Below the pieces are notes generated by a model, which saw only the letters and a list, made by a program, of their open reading frames with translations, searched no databases and was not told where the DNA came from. A DNA stretch of 41,298 nt from Nitrospirota bacterium (lineage in GTDB: Bacteria; Nitrospirota; UBA9217): assembly GCA_029858565.1 (NCBI GenBank), contig JAOUEV010000030.1, positions 1-41,298 of the forward strand, written 5' to 3'. A program made the translations under genes and the position numbers. Positions 28,148 through 36,208 of the stretch are shown here, in pieces (position 1 is the first letter of the stretch; every line of letters starts with the position of its first letter).

Positions 28148-28940
28148 AGAGCCAACCATGTCGTTCTGGTCCCATCTGGACGAACTGCGAAAGCGGCTCG
28201 TGGCAATGTCCATAGCGATAGGGATCGGTTTTGTGATCTGTTTTGCCAACTCGGAGAAGATATTGGGGCTCCTGCTGCTGCCTCTGAACGCGACTCTTTC
28301 TCTTTCCCGTGAATTCCCGTATCTCGTCTTCACACAAAATGCAACAGCCTACACGCTGCATTTCACAGCCCTCACCGAGCCGTTCATGGCTCACCTTAAG
28401 ATCGGATTCATATCAGGTATTATACTCACCATTCCGTTCTTGCTGCGTCAGGTGTGGATCTTCATATCGCCGGGCCTGCTTCCCCGTGAACGCCGGTATG
28501 CAGGGCAATTCGTGTTCTTCGCAACGGTCTTTTTCGCGATCGGCGTCATTTTCTGCTTTGTCGTTCTCCTACCGGTAGCCATCCCGTTCCTTGTTACGTA
28601 CAAGACCGATCATCTGACCCCGATCATAAAGATAGGCGACTATATAGATTTTACTCTCAAGTTCATGCTCGCGACCGGTGCTGTGTTCGAACTGCCGCTT
28701 ATTATGATACTGCTGGGACGGATGGGTATCATCAATACCGGCGGCCTGACCAAATTTCGAAAATACGCGTTCCTGATAGCCTTTATCATCGGCGGCATGC
28801 TCACACCAACACCCGATGCTTTCAACATGACGATCATGTCTATCCCTATCTATCTCTTATATGAGCTGGGAATCCTGGGCGTGAGGGTGCTTGGAAAGAG
28901 GAAACCTGATCCGGATCCAACGTCGCTCACTGAGATCTAA
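28134..28940 (+). CDS. tatC: Twin-arginine translocase subunit TatC
   Basis: Motifs SHLDELRKRL, QVWIFISPGL, FELPL, LTPTPD and YLLYELG. GGAGG RBS precedes ATG 28134. Confidence 0.94.
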   Translation: MASPEEPTMSFWSHLDELRKRLVAMSIAIGIGFVICFANSEKILGLLLLPLNATLSLSREFPYLVFTQNATAYTLHFTALTEPFMAHLKIGFISGIILTIPFLLRQVWIFISPGLLPRERRYAGQFVFFATVFFAIGVIFCFVVLLPVAIPFLVTYKTDHLTPIIKIGDYIDFTLKFMLATGAVFELPLIMILLGRMGIINTGGLTKFRKYAFLIAFIIGGMLTPTPDAFNMTIMSIPIYLLYELGILGVRVLGKRKPDPDPTSLTEI

Positions 28941-28949
28941 GAGGCAATA

Positions 28950-29441
28950 GTGAAGGTACTATCGTTCGTAGCCGCCGCATCGAACAGCGGGAAAACGACG
29001 ATCATTGAAAAGGTCGTGCGTCTCCTGAAAAAGCGGGGTCTGCGCGTGGCCGTGGTCAAACATGCGTCAAAAGGATTCGAGCTTGACCGGGCAGGGAAGG
29101 ATTCCTGGCGGTTTCGCCAGGCGGGCGCTGATGCCGTGGTCCTTATCGGGCCGGGGCAGACCGCCGTCATGAAGAACATGGACCGTCAACCCGATGACGC
29201 TGAACTCGAGCGGCTGATCGGGTCTGTTGACGTGGTCATTAAAGAGGGATTCAAATCAGATCCGGGACCAAAGATCGAAGTGTTCCGTTCTAAAGTAACT
29301 GCCGGGCAGCCGCTTTGCGTTAATGACAACTCCTTTCTGGCGTTGGTGAGCGACATTGAGATTAAGATACAAATACCATGGTTTGAACTCGATGATGTCG
29401 AGGGTGTTGCGTCCTTCATTGCAGCTAAATTTGAATTGTAA
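28950..29441 (+). CDS. mobB: Molybdopterin-guanine dinucleotide biosynthesis protein B
   Basis: Motifs SNSGKTT, VAVVKH, GKDSWRFRQAGA, EGFK and PKIEVFR. Confidence 0.9.
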   Translation: MKVLSFVAAASNSGKTTIIEKVVRLLKKRGLRVAVVKHASKGFELDRAGKDSWRFRQAGADAVVLIGPGQTAVMKNMDRQPDDAELERLIGSVDVVIKEGFKSDPGPKIEVFRSKVTAGQPLCVNDNSFLALVSDIEIKIQIPWFELDDVEGVASFIAAKFEL

Positions 29442-29474
29442 GATGTTGTTCACCTGTGGTTATCCCTTAGTTCG

Positions 29475-29513
29475 TTGATTTTTATTGATTTTTAAAGGTG
29501 CTTAATTTATAAA
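29475..29513 (+). promoter_or_regulatory. AT-rich hemL promoter region with a tandem 10-bp repeat
   Basis: TTGATTTTTA x2 (29475-29494). TTGATT (29485-29490), 17 nt, TATAAA (29508-29513). Confidence 0.4.
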
Positions 29514-29568
29514 TCTCAGAACGCACTGCGGCGCTCAATTCGGGGACGCAGGGGCGAAAGGAGCCGGC

Positions 29569-30852
29569 ATGGCAGGGAACAGGTCCAGGAAATTGTTCGA
29601 TGAGGCAAAGAAGCACATACCAGGCGGCGTGAACAGTCCGGTCCGTGCTTTCCGTTCCGTTGGCGGTGAACCACTGTTCATCAAAAGGGCCAAAGGCTCG
29701 AAGATCTACGACGCAGACGGCAAGGCATATATCGATTACGTGCTCTCCTGGGGGCCGATGATCCTCGGCCACGGTCATCCGAAGGTCAACAGTGCTCTCA
29801 AGAAGGCGATAGATGGCGGAACAAGCTTTGGCGCTCCCACGGAGCTGGAGATCACGCTTGCAAAAATGGTAAAGAAGGCGGTGCCGTCCATCGAGATGGT
29901 TCGGATGGTGAGCTCGGGCACCGAAGCCACGATGAGCGCTATCCGGGCGGCACGCGGTTTTACCGGCAGGGACAAGATCCTGAAGTTCGACGGCTGTTAT
30001 CACGGCCATGGCGACAGCCTCCTGGTCAAGGCCGGGAGCGGTGTGGCCACATTCGGACTTCCGGACAGCCCGGGTGTGCCAGCTGATCTGGCAAAACACA
30101 CGTTGACCGTTGCTTTCAATGATCTCGCGGCTGTCAAGGAACTCTGCAGAACCACGGGTGAGCAAATAGCCTGCATCATCGTAGAACCGGTTGTCGGCAA
30201 CATGGGTTGCGTACCGCCCCTGCCGGGTTTTCACGAAGGACTCCGGAAGATCTGCGATCAGTACGGGATCGTCCTGATCTTCGATGAGGTGATGACCGGT
30301 TTTCGCGTCGCCTTCGGCGGTGCCCAGCAGCTCTATAAGATCAAACCGGATCTCACGACGCTCGGCAAGGTGATCGGCGGCGGATTGCCGGTGGGCGCTT
30401 ACGGCGGCAAACGGGAGATCATGGAGCGGATCGCGCCCCTTGGTCCGATCTATCAGGCGGGGACCTTGTCCGGCAATCCGCTGGCCATGACCGCGGGCAT
30501 TGAAACGCTGAAGCTTCTGGGAAAACCGGGCGTGTATAAGTCGCTGGAGAAGAGCTCTGCTGATCTCGAGGCCGGGTTGCGCGCTGCGGCCAATGAGGCC
30601 GGTGTTCCGACGACGATCAACCGGGTCGGATCCATGTTCACCACGTTCTTTACTGATAAAAAAGTTACGGATTTCGCCAGTGCCAAGACCTCGGACACTG
30701 CAAAGTTTGGGAACTTCTTCCGTTCCATGCTCAAGAACGGCGTGAACCTTGCCCCGTCGCAGTTCGAGGCTGCGTTCCTATCACTTGCCCATTCAAAAGC
30801 CGATATCGCGCGAACGATCGAGGCTGCACGGAAGAGCCTGAAGGGTCTGTAA
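29569..30852 (+). CDS. hemL: Glutamate-1-semialdehyde 2,1-aminomutase
   Basis: Motifs [49 protein letters not shown] and [10 protein letters not shown]. Confidence 0.96.
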   Translation: MAGNRSRKLFDEAKKHIPGGVNSPVRAFRSVGGEPLFIKRAKGSKIYDADGKAYIDYVLSWGPMILGHGHPKVNSALKKAIDGGTSFGAPTELEITLAKMVKKAVPSIEMVRMVSSGTEATMSAIRAARGFTGRDKILKFDGCYHGHGDSLLVKAGSGVATFGLPDSPGVPADLAKHTLTVAFNDLAAVKELCRTTGEQIACIIVEPVVGNMGCVPPLPGFHEGLRKICDQYGIVLIFDEVMTGFRVAFGGAQQLYKIKPDLTTLGKVIGGGLPVGAYGGKREIMERIAPLGPIYQAGTLSGNPLAMTAGIETLKLLGKPGVYKSLEKSSADLEAGLRAAANEAGVPTTINRVGSMFTTFFTDKKVTDFASAKTSDTAKFGNFFRSMLKNGVNLAPSQFEAAFLSLAHSKADIARTIEAARKSLKGL

Positions 30853-30963
30853 GGGCAGAAAACAGGAAGGAAGATCGTACGAAGGATTGCGGAGCGGCGG
30901 GAATATGCGGTTCGATCTGCCGCGTGCAAACAGGATTTCCGCTTCGTGCGTTCAGGTCCCTAC

Positions 30964-31218
30964 GTGGAAGAGAAAGACCGTAGACTGCTCAGGCTTGTGG
31001 GCTCTTTGAGCACTGTGGGAATAGCCATGGTGGCCTCGACAGTGATCGGGTATTTTATCGGCCTGTACCTGGACCGGTTCTTTTCCACATCGCCATGGTG
31101 TACCATCATCTTCCTGGTACTGGGGATCATTGCGGGATTCAAGAACCTCTTTGATCAGGCAAGAAAGATACAGAATCTCGACAGGCCGGACGGCAAAGGG
31201 AGTCATGAGGGATCCTGA
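30964..31218 (+). CDS. atpZ: AtpZ/AtpI family (ATPase gene 1) small membrane protein
   Basis: VGIAMVASTVIGYFIGLYLDRFFSTSPWCTIIFLVLGIIAGFKNL matches the GxxLDxxxxTxPW pattern. The start position is uncertain. Confidence 0.85.
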   Translation: MEEKDRRLLRLVGSLSTVGIAMVASTVIGYFIGLYLDRFFSTSPWCTIIFLVLGIIAGFKNLFDQARKIQNLDRPDGKGSHEGS

Positions 31219-31645
31219 TCAGCATGGAGAGCATTCAGCCCGCACGGTAGTGACCGGCGTGACCAGAAAGACCGCACTTCTTACCGCCGCAGGCGCAGTT
31301 GCCGCGTTGGCCCTTCAACTGACCATACGGCCCGATCTCCCTGTATGGGTCATGCCGGCCGGTGTGACCGTCGGAGGGGCGCTTGGGGCCGTGAATTTCC
31401 GCTGGCTCGCTTATGCTGTGGAACGGGTCTATCTCAAGCAGGGTTCTACCAGCCTGCTTTCCAACATAGCAGCAGCCATTATTTCTATTCTGAAGCTATC
31501 CGTCATCTTTATAGTCCTTTTCATCGTCATAAAGTGGAACGTCGTACACCTCCTTGGACTGGTATCAGGATTATCACTCTGCTTTTTGGCGATCCTCTGG
31601 CAGGGATTCGGTGTTCTCACTGACGGTGTAAAGCAGAACCACTGA
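31205..31645 (+). CDS. atpI: ATP synthase protein I-like 4-TM protein
   Basis: GVTVGGALGAVNFRWL...LLGLVSGLS pattern; lies directly after atpZ with a GGGAG RBS. Confidence 0.7.
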   Translation: MRDPDQHGEHSARTVVTGVTRKTALLTAAGAVAALALQLTIRPDLPVWVMPAGVTVGGALGAVNFRWLAYAVERVYLKQGSTSLLSNIAAAIISILKLSVIFIVLFIVIKWNVVHLLGLVSGLSLCFLAILWQGFGVLTDGVKQNH

Positions 31646-31707
31646 TAAACAGTAGTTGAGCATGCTGCGAAACGGCATGCGTAATTTGGGAAAGGGGAGG
31701 CAGCTAT

Positions 31708-32184
31708 ATGAAAAACCATGTTTTTCGGCCGCTGATCGTCGTCATAGGCATCGTTTTGCTTATCCTCGCGGCCCGCTTTGTTTATGTGCCAAAGGATTTT
31801 GGCTCCTACGAACGCGGGTACATTTACAGTTGGCACCGGCAGGGTGATGAGAACTTCTGGAACAAGTTCACGATCAAATATCAGGGAAAGGAATACTGCA
31901 AGGATTGTCATGAAAAGAACTTCACCTCCATTAATAAATCACCGCATCGAATCATCATCTGTGAGAATTGTCACGGACCGGCTATAGACCACCCTTCCGA
32001 GGCCCGGTCCAAACTGGTCATAGACAAATCGCGCGAGCAGTGCTACCGCTGTCATGTGAAATTACCCTATCCCGATACGGCCCGCGGCCGCATCAAGGGA
32101 TTCCTGGACCCCGAGCAGCATAATCCGGGAATGGAGTGCGTGACCTGCCACGATCCTCATGATCCGAAACTGGGAGGTGCCTGA
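31708..32184 (+). CDS. Membrane-anchored tetraheme cytochrome c (CbcS-like subunit)
   Basis: N-terminal TM and four CxxCH motifs (CKDCH, CENCH, CYRCH, CVTCH); lies upstream of the NrfC/NrfD-like pair. Confidence 0.85.
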   Translation: MKNHVFRPLIVVIGIVLLILAARFVYVPKDFGSYERGYIYSWHRQGDENFWNKFTIKYQGKEYCKDCHEKNFTSINKSPHRIIICENCHGPAIDHPSEARSKLVIDKSREQCYRCHVKLPYPDTARGRIKGFLDPEQHNPGMECVTCHDPHDPKLGGA

Positions 32185-32187
32185 GCC

Positions 32188-32964
32188 ATGCTTACAAGAC
32201 GGAACTTCCTCAAATATTCCCTTGCCGGTGCTGCCGGGTTGGCCGTGCCTGCAACGATAAAGGCTTCGACGGGAACAGCTCCAGCGGCCGGGACAGCGAC
32301 TGATAAACGCTGGGTGTTCCTCGTGGACTCAACCAAATGCGTCGGCTGCGGCATGTGCGTCAAAGCGTGCAAGAACGAGAACGAGGTGCCCTATGACGCG
32401 AACGTCTCGAGGACCTGGGTGGAGCGCTATGTGGTGACCAAGGACGGAAAGGTTCATGCCGATTCGCCCAAGGCCGCGCGCGACGGATTTACGACACAGA
32501 CGATCGACCAGGGGCATCACGGCAAGGAGATCATCAAGCCTGCTGATATCTCCAAGGCCTTCTTCGTCCCCAAGCTCTGCAACCACTGCGAAAACCCGGC
32601 CTGCGTACAGGTCTGTCCGGTGGGCGCGACCTACCAGACCAAGGAAGGAGTTGTTCTGGTAGACCGCACCTGGTGCATTGGCTGCGGATACTGCATCATG
32701 GCCTGCCCTTATGGTGTCAGGTTCTTCCATCCTGTTTACCATACCGCGGAGAAATGCACATTCTGTGTCCACAGGCTGCATGCGGGACTCAAACCGGCCT
32801 GCGTGGAGGCGTGCCCCTTCGGCGCACGGCAGATCGGCAACCGGAATGATCCCAATGACCCGGTGACGAAGACCATCTTGAACAACAAGGTGCAGGTCCT
32901 GAAGGAAGAGTATGGAACGAAACCCCAGGTCTACTACCTAGGCCTGAGCATGGAGGTGAAATAA
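32188..32964 (+). CDS. Tat-exported 4x[4Fe-4S] protein (NrfC/DsrO/CbcT-like)
   Basis: Twin-arginine signal TRRNFLK; CVGCGMCVKAC, CNHCENPACVQVCP, CIGCGYCIMACP and CTFC...CVEACP. Confidence 0.92.
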   Translation: MLTRRNFLKYSLAGAAGLAVPATIKASTGTAPAAGTATDKRWVFLVDSTKCVGCGMCVKACKNENEVPYDANVSRTWVERYVVTKDGKVHADSPKAARDGFTTQTIDQGHHGKEIIKPADISKAFFVPKLCNHCENPACVQVCPVGATYQTKEGVVLVDRTWCIGCGYCIMACPYGVRFFHPVYHTAEKCTFCVHRLHAGLKPACVEACPFGARQIGNRNDPNDPVTKTILNNKVQVLKEEYGTKPQVYYLGLSMEVK

Positions 32965-32966
32965 CC

Positions 32967-34217
32967 ATGGTACACGGCGAGATATGGACCATGAAAGAGC
33001 TGTTCACCTATCCCAATGAGTACATCTATTGGAGCGTGCAGATCGTGATGTACCCGTTCATGACGGGATTGGTCGCGGGAGCATTTGTGTTATCGTCGCT
33101 CTATCACGTATTCGGGATCAAGGAGCTGAAGGACATCGCCCGTTTCGCTTTGGTATTTTCCTTCGCGCTCCTGTTCGCGGCGCCCATGCCGATCATGCTG
33201 CACCTGCAGCATCCGTTCCGCGGCATCAATGTGATGATGACCCCGCATTTCACTTCGGCGATCGCGGCGTTCGGCATTGTGTTTTTTACCTATGGCGCCA
33301 TTGTTGCGTCGGAACTATGGTTCTTGTACCGTAAACACTTTGTAGACAAGGCGTTGGCGCTCAGAGAGAAACAGGACAAGTCCTTTGTCGAACAGCTTTG
33401 GTACCTTCTGTACGGCACTTTGACGCTGGGGTCCTATGATGTGAGCGACGAAGCGCTCCACCGGGACGAGAAGGCCATCAAGGTCCTGGCTGGTATCGGT
33501 ATTCCGGTGGCCTGCTTCCTGCACGGATATGCCGGATTCATCTTCGGTTCCGTTAAGGCGAACGCTCTTTGGATGACGCCGCTCATGCCGGTGATCTTCA
33601 TCATGTCCGCCATTGTGTCCGGCATCGCCCTCTGCATGCTCACCTACATCGTGGTGATGGAGATACGGAAGTTCATGATGAAGCGGTCCCGGAAAACCTG
33701 GCAGCAGTCCTTGGAAGAAGTAAAGGGTGCCGAGATGCATGTGGTAAAGATGACCGCCAAGTATCTGGTCCTGTTCCTGGTACTTGCCATCACGCTGGAA
33801 TTTCTGGACCTGATCTTCCGAGGGTATACGGCGGTCAAGTCCTGGGACGTGCTCCGGAGCGTTATCTATGAGCGCGATTTCTACGATATTTTCATCATGC
33901 AATACGGCATAGGCAACCTGGTACCGCTGCTGCTCTTCCTTGTCCCGGGGCTGACGATCCGCAGAACGATCCTCGGCGTGCTCCTTGTCCTGTTCGGCGT
34001 ATTCATGATGCGCTGGAACGTGGTCATCGGCGGGCAGGCATTCTCGCTTACTTTCGCGGGCTATATGCACTATCTGCTTCCTATTGTCCCCCATGACTGG
34101 GAAACTGCGAAGGAAGGCTTGGTAGGAGCGGTCGGAATTTTTGTTATGCCTTTTGTGCTGTTCTGGTTCATTGCGAAAGTGTTCCCGGTCTTCGGCGAGA
34201 CCAATAAAGCACATTGA
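32967..34217 (+). CDS. NrfD/PsrC family quinol-binding membrane subunit (CbcU-like)
   Basis: Motifs YPFMTGLVAGAF, HLQHPFR, LHGYAGFIFG, SAIVSGIAL and MRWNVVIGGQ; multi-TM. Confidence 0.9.
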   Translation: MVHGEIWTMKELFTYPNEYIYWSVQIVMYPFMTGLVAGAFVLSSLYHVFGIKELKDIARFALVFSFALLFAAPMPIMLHLQHPFRGINVMMTPHFTSAIAAFGIVFFTYGAIVASELWFLYRKHFVDKALALREKQDKSFVEQLWYLLYGTLTLGSYDVSDEALHRDEKAIKVLAGIGIPVACFLHGYAGFIFGSVKANALWMTPLMPVIFIMSAIVSGIALCMLTYIVVMEIRKFMMKRSRKTWQQSLEEVKGAEMHVVKMTAKYLVLFLVLAITLEFLDLIFRGYTAVKSWDVLRSVIYERDFYDIFIMQYGIGNLVPLLLFLVPGLTIRRTILGVLLVLFGVFMMRWNVVIGGQAFSLTFAGYMHYLLPIVPHDWETAKEGLVGAVGIFVMPFVLFWFIAKVFPVFGETNKAH

Positions 34218-34342
34218 TCGAAAAAGTGCGGACCCGCCGGGTCCTGGGCTAAAAGTTGAATGAATTACCGTTCGGTAGCTCAATGGCCGATAATTGTTTC
34301 CATATTAGATAAACTTTTAGGCCTGTGCAGTGTCCAAAATAA

Positions 34343-34371
34343 GCGGGGAAGGGCTCAAAAGCCTTCCCCGC
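34343..34371. terminator. GC-rich hairpin, possible terminator
   Basis: 10-bp stem GCGGGGAAGG / CCTTCCCCGC with T-rich flanks on both strands. Confidence 0.5.
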
Positions 34372-34478
34372 ATTTCCATTATCACAGGACCTGATCACTG
34401 CTGCTAACCCTTTGTTTTATGGAGCTCCCATCAGTTTTTTTAGTTGTGCGCAGGATCTTTTTTTCGAGTTGATATCTA

Positions 34479-34507
34479 TTGACTTATGAAACTTCCTGTG
34501 ATATAAA
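34479..34507 (+). promoter_or_regulatory. Sigma70-type promoter for the multiheme cytochrome gene
   Basis: TTGACT (34479-34484), 17 nt, TATAAA (34502-34507) with a TGn extension. Confidence 0.55.
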
Positions 34508-34554
34508 CTCGGGCTTAGTGAAAGATGCTTGAAAGGGGGCACCAAAGGGGAGGA

Positions 34555-35568
34555 ATGAAGGTTTTTAGTTGGTTTACTGATAAGTTAAACTGGGCCAAAG
34601 AGAGGATCCAGGAACCCCTTACGCTCAAGGCCAAGATCCTGATCGTTGTCATGTTGCTCGTTATTGTAGGCGGCGGCGGATTCGTAGCTTACAAGTTCTA
34701 TGATTTCACGCAGAATAACCCCAAATTCTGCGTAGGGTGCCACCTTATGCAGGAAGCATATGACAGCTGGGCTAAGAGCGAACACAAAGCCCTGAACTGC
34801 CATGATTGCCATCATCTGACTATCCCGGAGCAGAACCAGCTGCTGATCAGTTTTGTCATGCATCGGCCTACAAAGGTTCCAGACCGGCATGGTAAGGTGA
34901 TCATCGGTTCCGAGATATGCAATAAATGTCATACCTCGGAAAAAGCGCCGCGCATCAACACGTCGCTCTTTCATGCAAAACATGTGTACATGGAGCAGCT
35001 TGAGTGCACCTACTGCCATGGCGAGGTAAAGGCTGACAAGTCTGGGCTGCATCGCTTCCTTCCCACAGAGAAGTTCTGCCTCAAGTGTCATGAAGGCAAG
35101 TCGGTGCATGGAGAAGGCATGGGTGGACTAGCCTGCCTGAACTGTCATACTGACCGGACCAAGGACCTGAAGCCGGGAAGAAGGAAATGCCTGTATTGCC
35201 ATAGCAATGACGAAGGACTGCGGAAGCTGCTTCGTGACGATTCCACCATGGACGTACGGTACTTTGCCCCTGATGCTGCGACGCTCCGCAAAGCGACAAA
35301 GATCGTCTATGACGAGTCAGCGCCCATGCAGTTCTACTGCTATGAATGTCACAAGCCGCATACCCAGGGAAAAGTACGGCCGAACAGCACTTATTGTTTG
35401 AGCTGCCACGGTAATATCCAGAAGATCGGAAAACATAAGGTCCATCTGGCCATGGATATGCAGTGTAAGGATTGTCACAAGCCCCACGTGTGGAAGGTCA
35501 CTGAGGCTTCGGCCAAGAAGGACTGCACACAATGCCATGAGTATCGCAGTCCCAAAGCGTTCATATAA
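34555..35568 (+). CDS. Membrane-anchored 11-heme cytochrome c with NapC/NrfH-like N-terminus
   Basis: One N-terminal TM helix and 11 CxxCH motifs; the first is FCVGCHLM (CxxCHxM), followed by YDSWAKSEH. Alternative start at 34525. Confidence 0.88.
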   Translation: MKVFSWFTDKLNWAKERIQEPLTLKAKILIVVMLLVIVGGGGFVAYKFYDFTQNNPKFCVGCHLMQEAYDSWAKSEHKALNCHDCHHLTIPEQNQLLISFVMHRPTKVPDRHGKVIIGSEICNKCHTSEKAPRINTSLFHAKHVYMEQLECTYCHGEVKADKSGLHRFLPTEKFCLKCHEGKSVHGEGMGGLACLNCHTDRTKDLKPGRRKCLYCHSNDEGLRKLLRDDSTMDVRYFAPDAATLRKATKIVYDESAPMQFYCYECHKPHTQGKVRPNSTYCLSCHGNIQKIGKHKVHLAMDMQCKDCHKPHVWKVTEASAKKDCTQCHEYRSPKAFI

Positions 35569-35671
35569 AAGCGCTTAGCTCTGGTTTTCTTAGAAGGTGG
35601 CCACGAACGCAGCAGCTTTGATACCTGTTTTTCTTGGAGTTTACTCTGATAACGAAAGGGGGTGAAACTAA

Positions 35672-35995
35672 ATGAAGAAAGTTATCGTGATGTCTCTCGT
35701 TGTTGTTCTGTCCTTCGCCATGGCGGCGACCGTTTTCGCGGTCCCGGCTGGCAAGACCGTTGAGTTCGACGGCAAGGGTGGCGGCAAGGTTGTATTTGAC
35801 GGCAAGATCCACGCTGACAAGGGTGCCAAGTGCGCCGATTGCCATCAGTCCGGTCTGTTCAAGATGAAGAAGGGCGGCGACGTCATCACCATGAAGGACA
35901 TGGAGGCCGGCAAGAACTGTGGTGCTTGCCACAACGGCACCAAGGCCTTCTCGGTGAAGGATGCAGCCAGCTGCGCAAAGTGCCACAAGAAGTAA
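35672..35995 (+). CDS. Periplasmic triheme c7-type cytochrome
   Basis: Sec signal ending ATVFA; CADCH, CGACHNGTKAF and CAKCH; ITMKDM motif; strong RBS. Confidence 0.9.
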   Translation: MKKVIVMSLVVVLSFAMAATVFAVPAGKTVEFDGKGGGKVVFDGKIHADKGAKCADCHQSGLFKMKKGGDVITMKDMEAGKNCGACHNGTKAFSVKDAASCAKCHKK

Positions 35996-36017
35996 GTCGC
36001 ACGCTTTCATTCGCAGT

Positions 36018-36052
36018 AAAAACCCTCACGGTATTTCCGTGAGGGTTTTTTT
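36018..36052. terminator. Bidirectional intrinsic terminator between the c7 gene and selC
   Basis: AAAAACCCTCACGG-TATTT-CCGTGAGGGTTTTTTT. Confidence 0.9.
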
Positions 36053-36056
36053 ATTG

Positions 36057-36155
36057 TGGCGGGAGAGCATGAGAATCGAACTCACCTTTCCTGACCCAAG
36101 CCAGGAACCACCGGATTTGAAGTCCGGGACGGGCACCAGCTCCGTAACCTCTCCC
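36057..36155 (-). tRNA. selC: tRNA-Sec (anticodon UCA)
   Basis: Minus strand: GGGAGAGG...CCGGA-CTTCAAA-TCCGG anticodon arm, long variable arm TTCCTGGC-TTGG-GTCAGGAA, T arm GTGAG-TTCGATT-CTCAT, G discriminator and encoded CCA; 99 nt. Confidence 0.93.
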
Positions 36156-36168
36156 AATTGTGCGTTGA

Positions 36169-36197
36169 ATTATACGGAACAGGGCAGCCAGCCGCAA
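36169..36197 (-). promoter_or_regulatory. Sigma70 promoter of selC
   Basis: Minus-strand TTGCGG (36197-36192), 17 nt, TATAAT (36174-36169). Confidence 0.65.
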
Positions 36198-36208
36198 GCT
36201 TTTTTTCT

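Noticed and set aside
32182-32190. TGA-GCC-ATG in-frame junction between the tetraheme cytochrome and the Fe-S protein as Sec readthrough
   Set aside because: A GGAGGT RBS precedes the ATG, and the second gene starts with its own Tat signal peptide, so they are separate proteins.
35996-36060. Genomic island integrated at the selC 3' end
   Set aside because: No integrase, no duplicated tRNA 3' end noticed, and the neighbouring cytochrome genes look native in composition.
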